Source: a virus | Taxonomy: Duplodnaviria; Heunggongvirae; Uroviricota; Caudoviricetes | Length of the DNA: 57,013 nt | Virus record (IMG/VR): IMGVR_UViG_3300037400_003188 | Span: 1 to 57,013 of that record | Direction: 5' to 3' (one strand) | Shown here: positions 56,366 through 57,013 of the stretch, one piece after another | Position numbering within the stretch: the first letter of the stretch is position 1 | Layout: every line of letters begins with the position of its first letter | The notes under the pieces: generated by a model | Seen by the model: only the letters and a program-made list of their open reading frames with translations | Databases searched by the model: none | What the model was told of the DNA's origin: nothing | Translations under genes and position numbers: made by a program

Positions 56366-57013
56366 TTATTTCCCACTTTTTCTCGCATTAGCCGTTTTGG
56401 AAATCATTTGTAAATTATCCAATACCGTTTTACCACCTTTCCACCATGGAACAATGTGGTCAGCCTGCATGTCTTTAATATCAAAATGCTCACCTGTTAT
56501 AGGGCAAATACCTTTCTGTCTCTCATACGCAGTTCTTTTATCAACCTCGCTAAATAAGCGTTTGGATAATCTATATGCCAAATCTTCATCTTCACCACTT
56601 AAAATATATTCGTACACACCTTTCTTATCCGTAACCTCTTCATTGGCCATCAATTCGTTCACTCTTCTTTCAACCTCTGAGGCATCATATATATTATTGT
56701 GATAGGTATTATACAATCTACCCCAATCCAAACCTAGCATTTCTTTCCTATAGTTGTTAGGCCCAAACGTTGTGTCAATCCAGTTAATTACACTTTGGAA
56801 ATATAACCACAATTCGTTAGCATTTATGTCGTGTTGGTGTTTTGACATATAATCAGCGATGTTTCCATCACTAATCCATTTCAATGCAGTTTCAAGATAC
56901 TCCTGTCTAATAGGCGTACCTTTAACAAACCTACTACCTAACTTAAATGCCACGCAATTCGTCTTTGAGAATTTTCTTTTTGCATCAGCAAGCCATGGAC
57001 CAATATAGTTAAT
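56366..57013 (-). CDS. GmrSD-like (DUF262 + HNH) nuclease, 5'-truncated by the window
   Basis: Frame is open to the window edge (INYIGPWLADAKRKFSK); C-terminal CPITG...MQADHIVPWWKGGKT..NLQM..K..N HNH. Confidence 0.75.
   Translation of the reverse strand: MNYIGPWLADAKRKFSKTNCVAFKLGSRFVKGTPIRQEYLETALKWISDGNIADYMSKHQHDINANELWLYFQSVINWIDTTFGPNNYRKEMLGLDWGRLYNTYHNNIYDASEVERRVNELMANEEVTDKKGVYEYILSGEDEDLAYRLSKRLFSEVDKRTAYERQKGICPITGEHFDIKDMQADHIVPWWKGGKTVLDNLQMISKTANARKSGK

Noticed and set aside
34269-56702. Plus-strand ORFs in the right block (e.g. 46408..47202, 36861..37190)
   Set aside because: Antisense shadows of recognisable - strand genes.
1-57013. Genome-wide TAG-to-Gln recoding (Lak-type, code 15)
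   Set aside because: Code-11 ORFs tile both blocks, and several TAG codons are followed by terminators. Only one gene is TAG-interrupted.
1-57013. Prophage, ICE or IS interpretation
   Set aside because: No integrase, transposase, relaxase or att-flanked host genes; content fits a large lytic phage, though the rest of the genome is unseen.

Overview
This is a 57-kb segment of a large, apparently lytic dsDNA phage infecting Bacteroidota (probably Bacteroidales such as Prevotella). The host call is inferred from about 30 promoters carrying the Bacteroidota -7 element TAnnTTTG. No virion genes, integrase, tRNA, rRNA or CRISPR array were seen. Two gene blocks converge at about 30.2 kb. The + block (0.7-30.1 kb) is an array of about 29 short transcription units, mostly hypothetical genes. 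Their intergenic modules are stereotyped: a family terminator, a 45-bp bipartite element found in both orientations, and a promoter with a CTAAAATTTTTATA box. The block also carries a ~520-nt structured non-coding transcript, a uS3-like KH protein, a GIY-YIG endonuclease, a ParB-family protein and a TAG-interrupted outer-membrane beta-barrel gene, and it is almost free of GATC. The - block (30.3-57 kb) holds an NAD salvage set (pncA, pncB, nadE), a Dam-type methyltransferase, HNH and PD-(D/E)xK-like nucleases, rtcB and a partial GmrSD-like nuclease. It also holds an operon of one radical-SAM enzyme plus five paralogs sharing an N-terminal R-x-(G/S)-VFETNSS-x-x-H motif. All counts were made by eye and no database searches were run.
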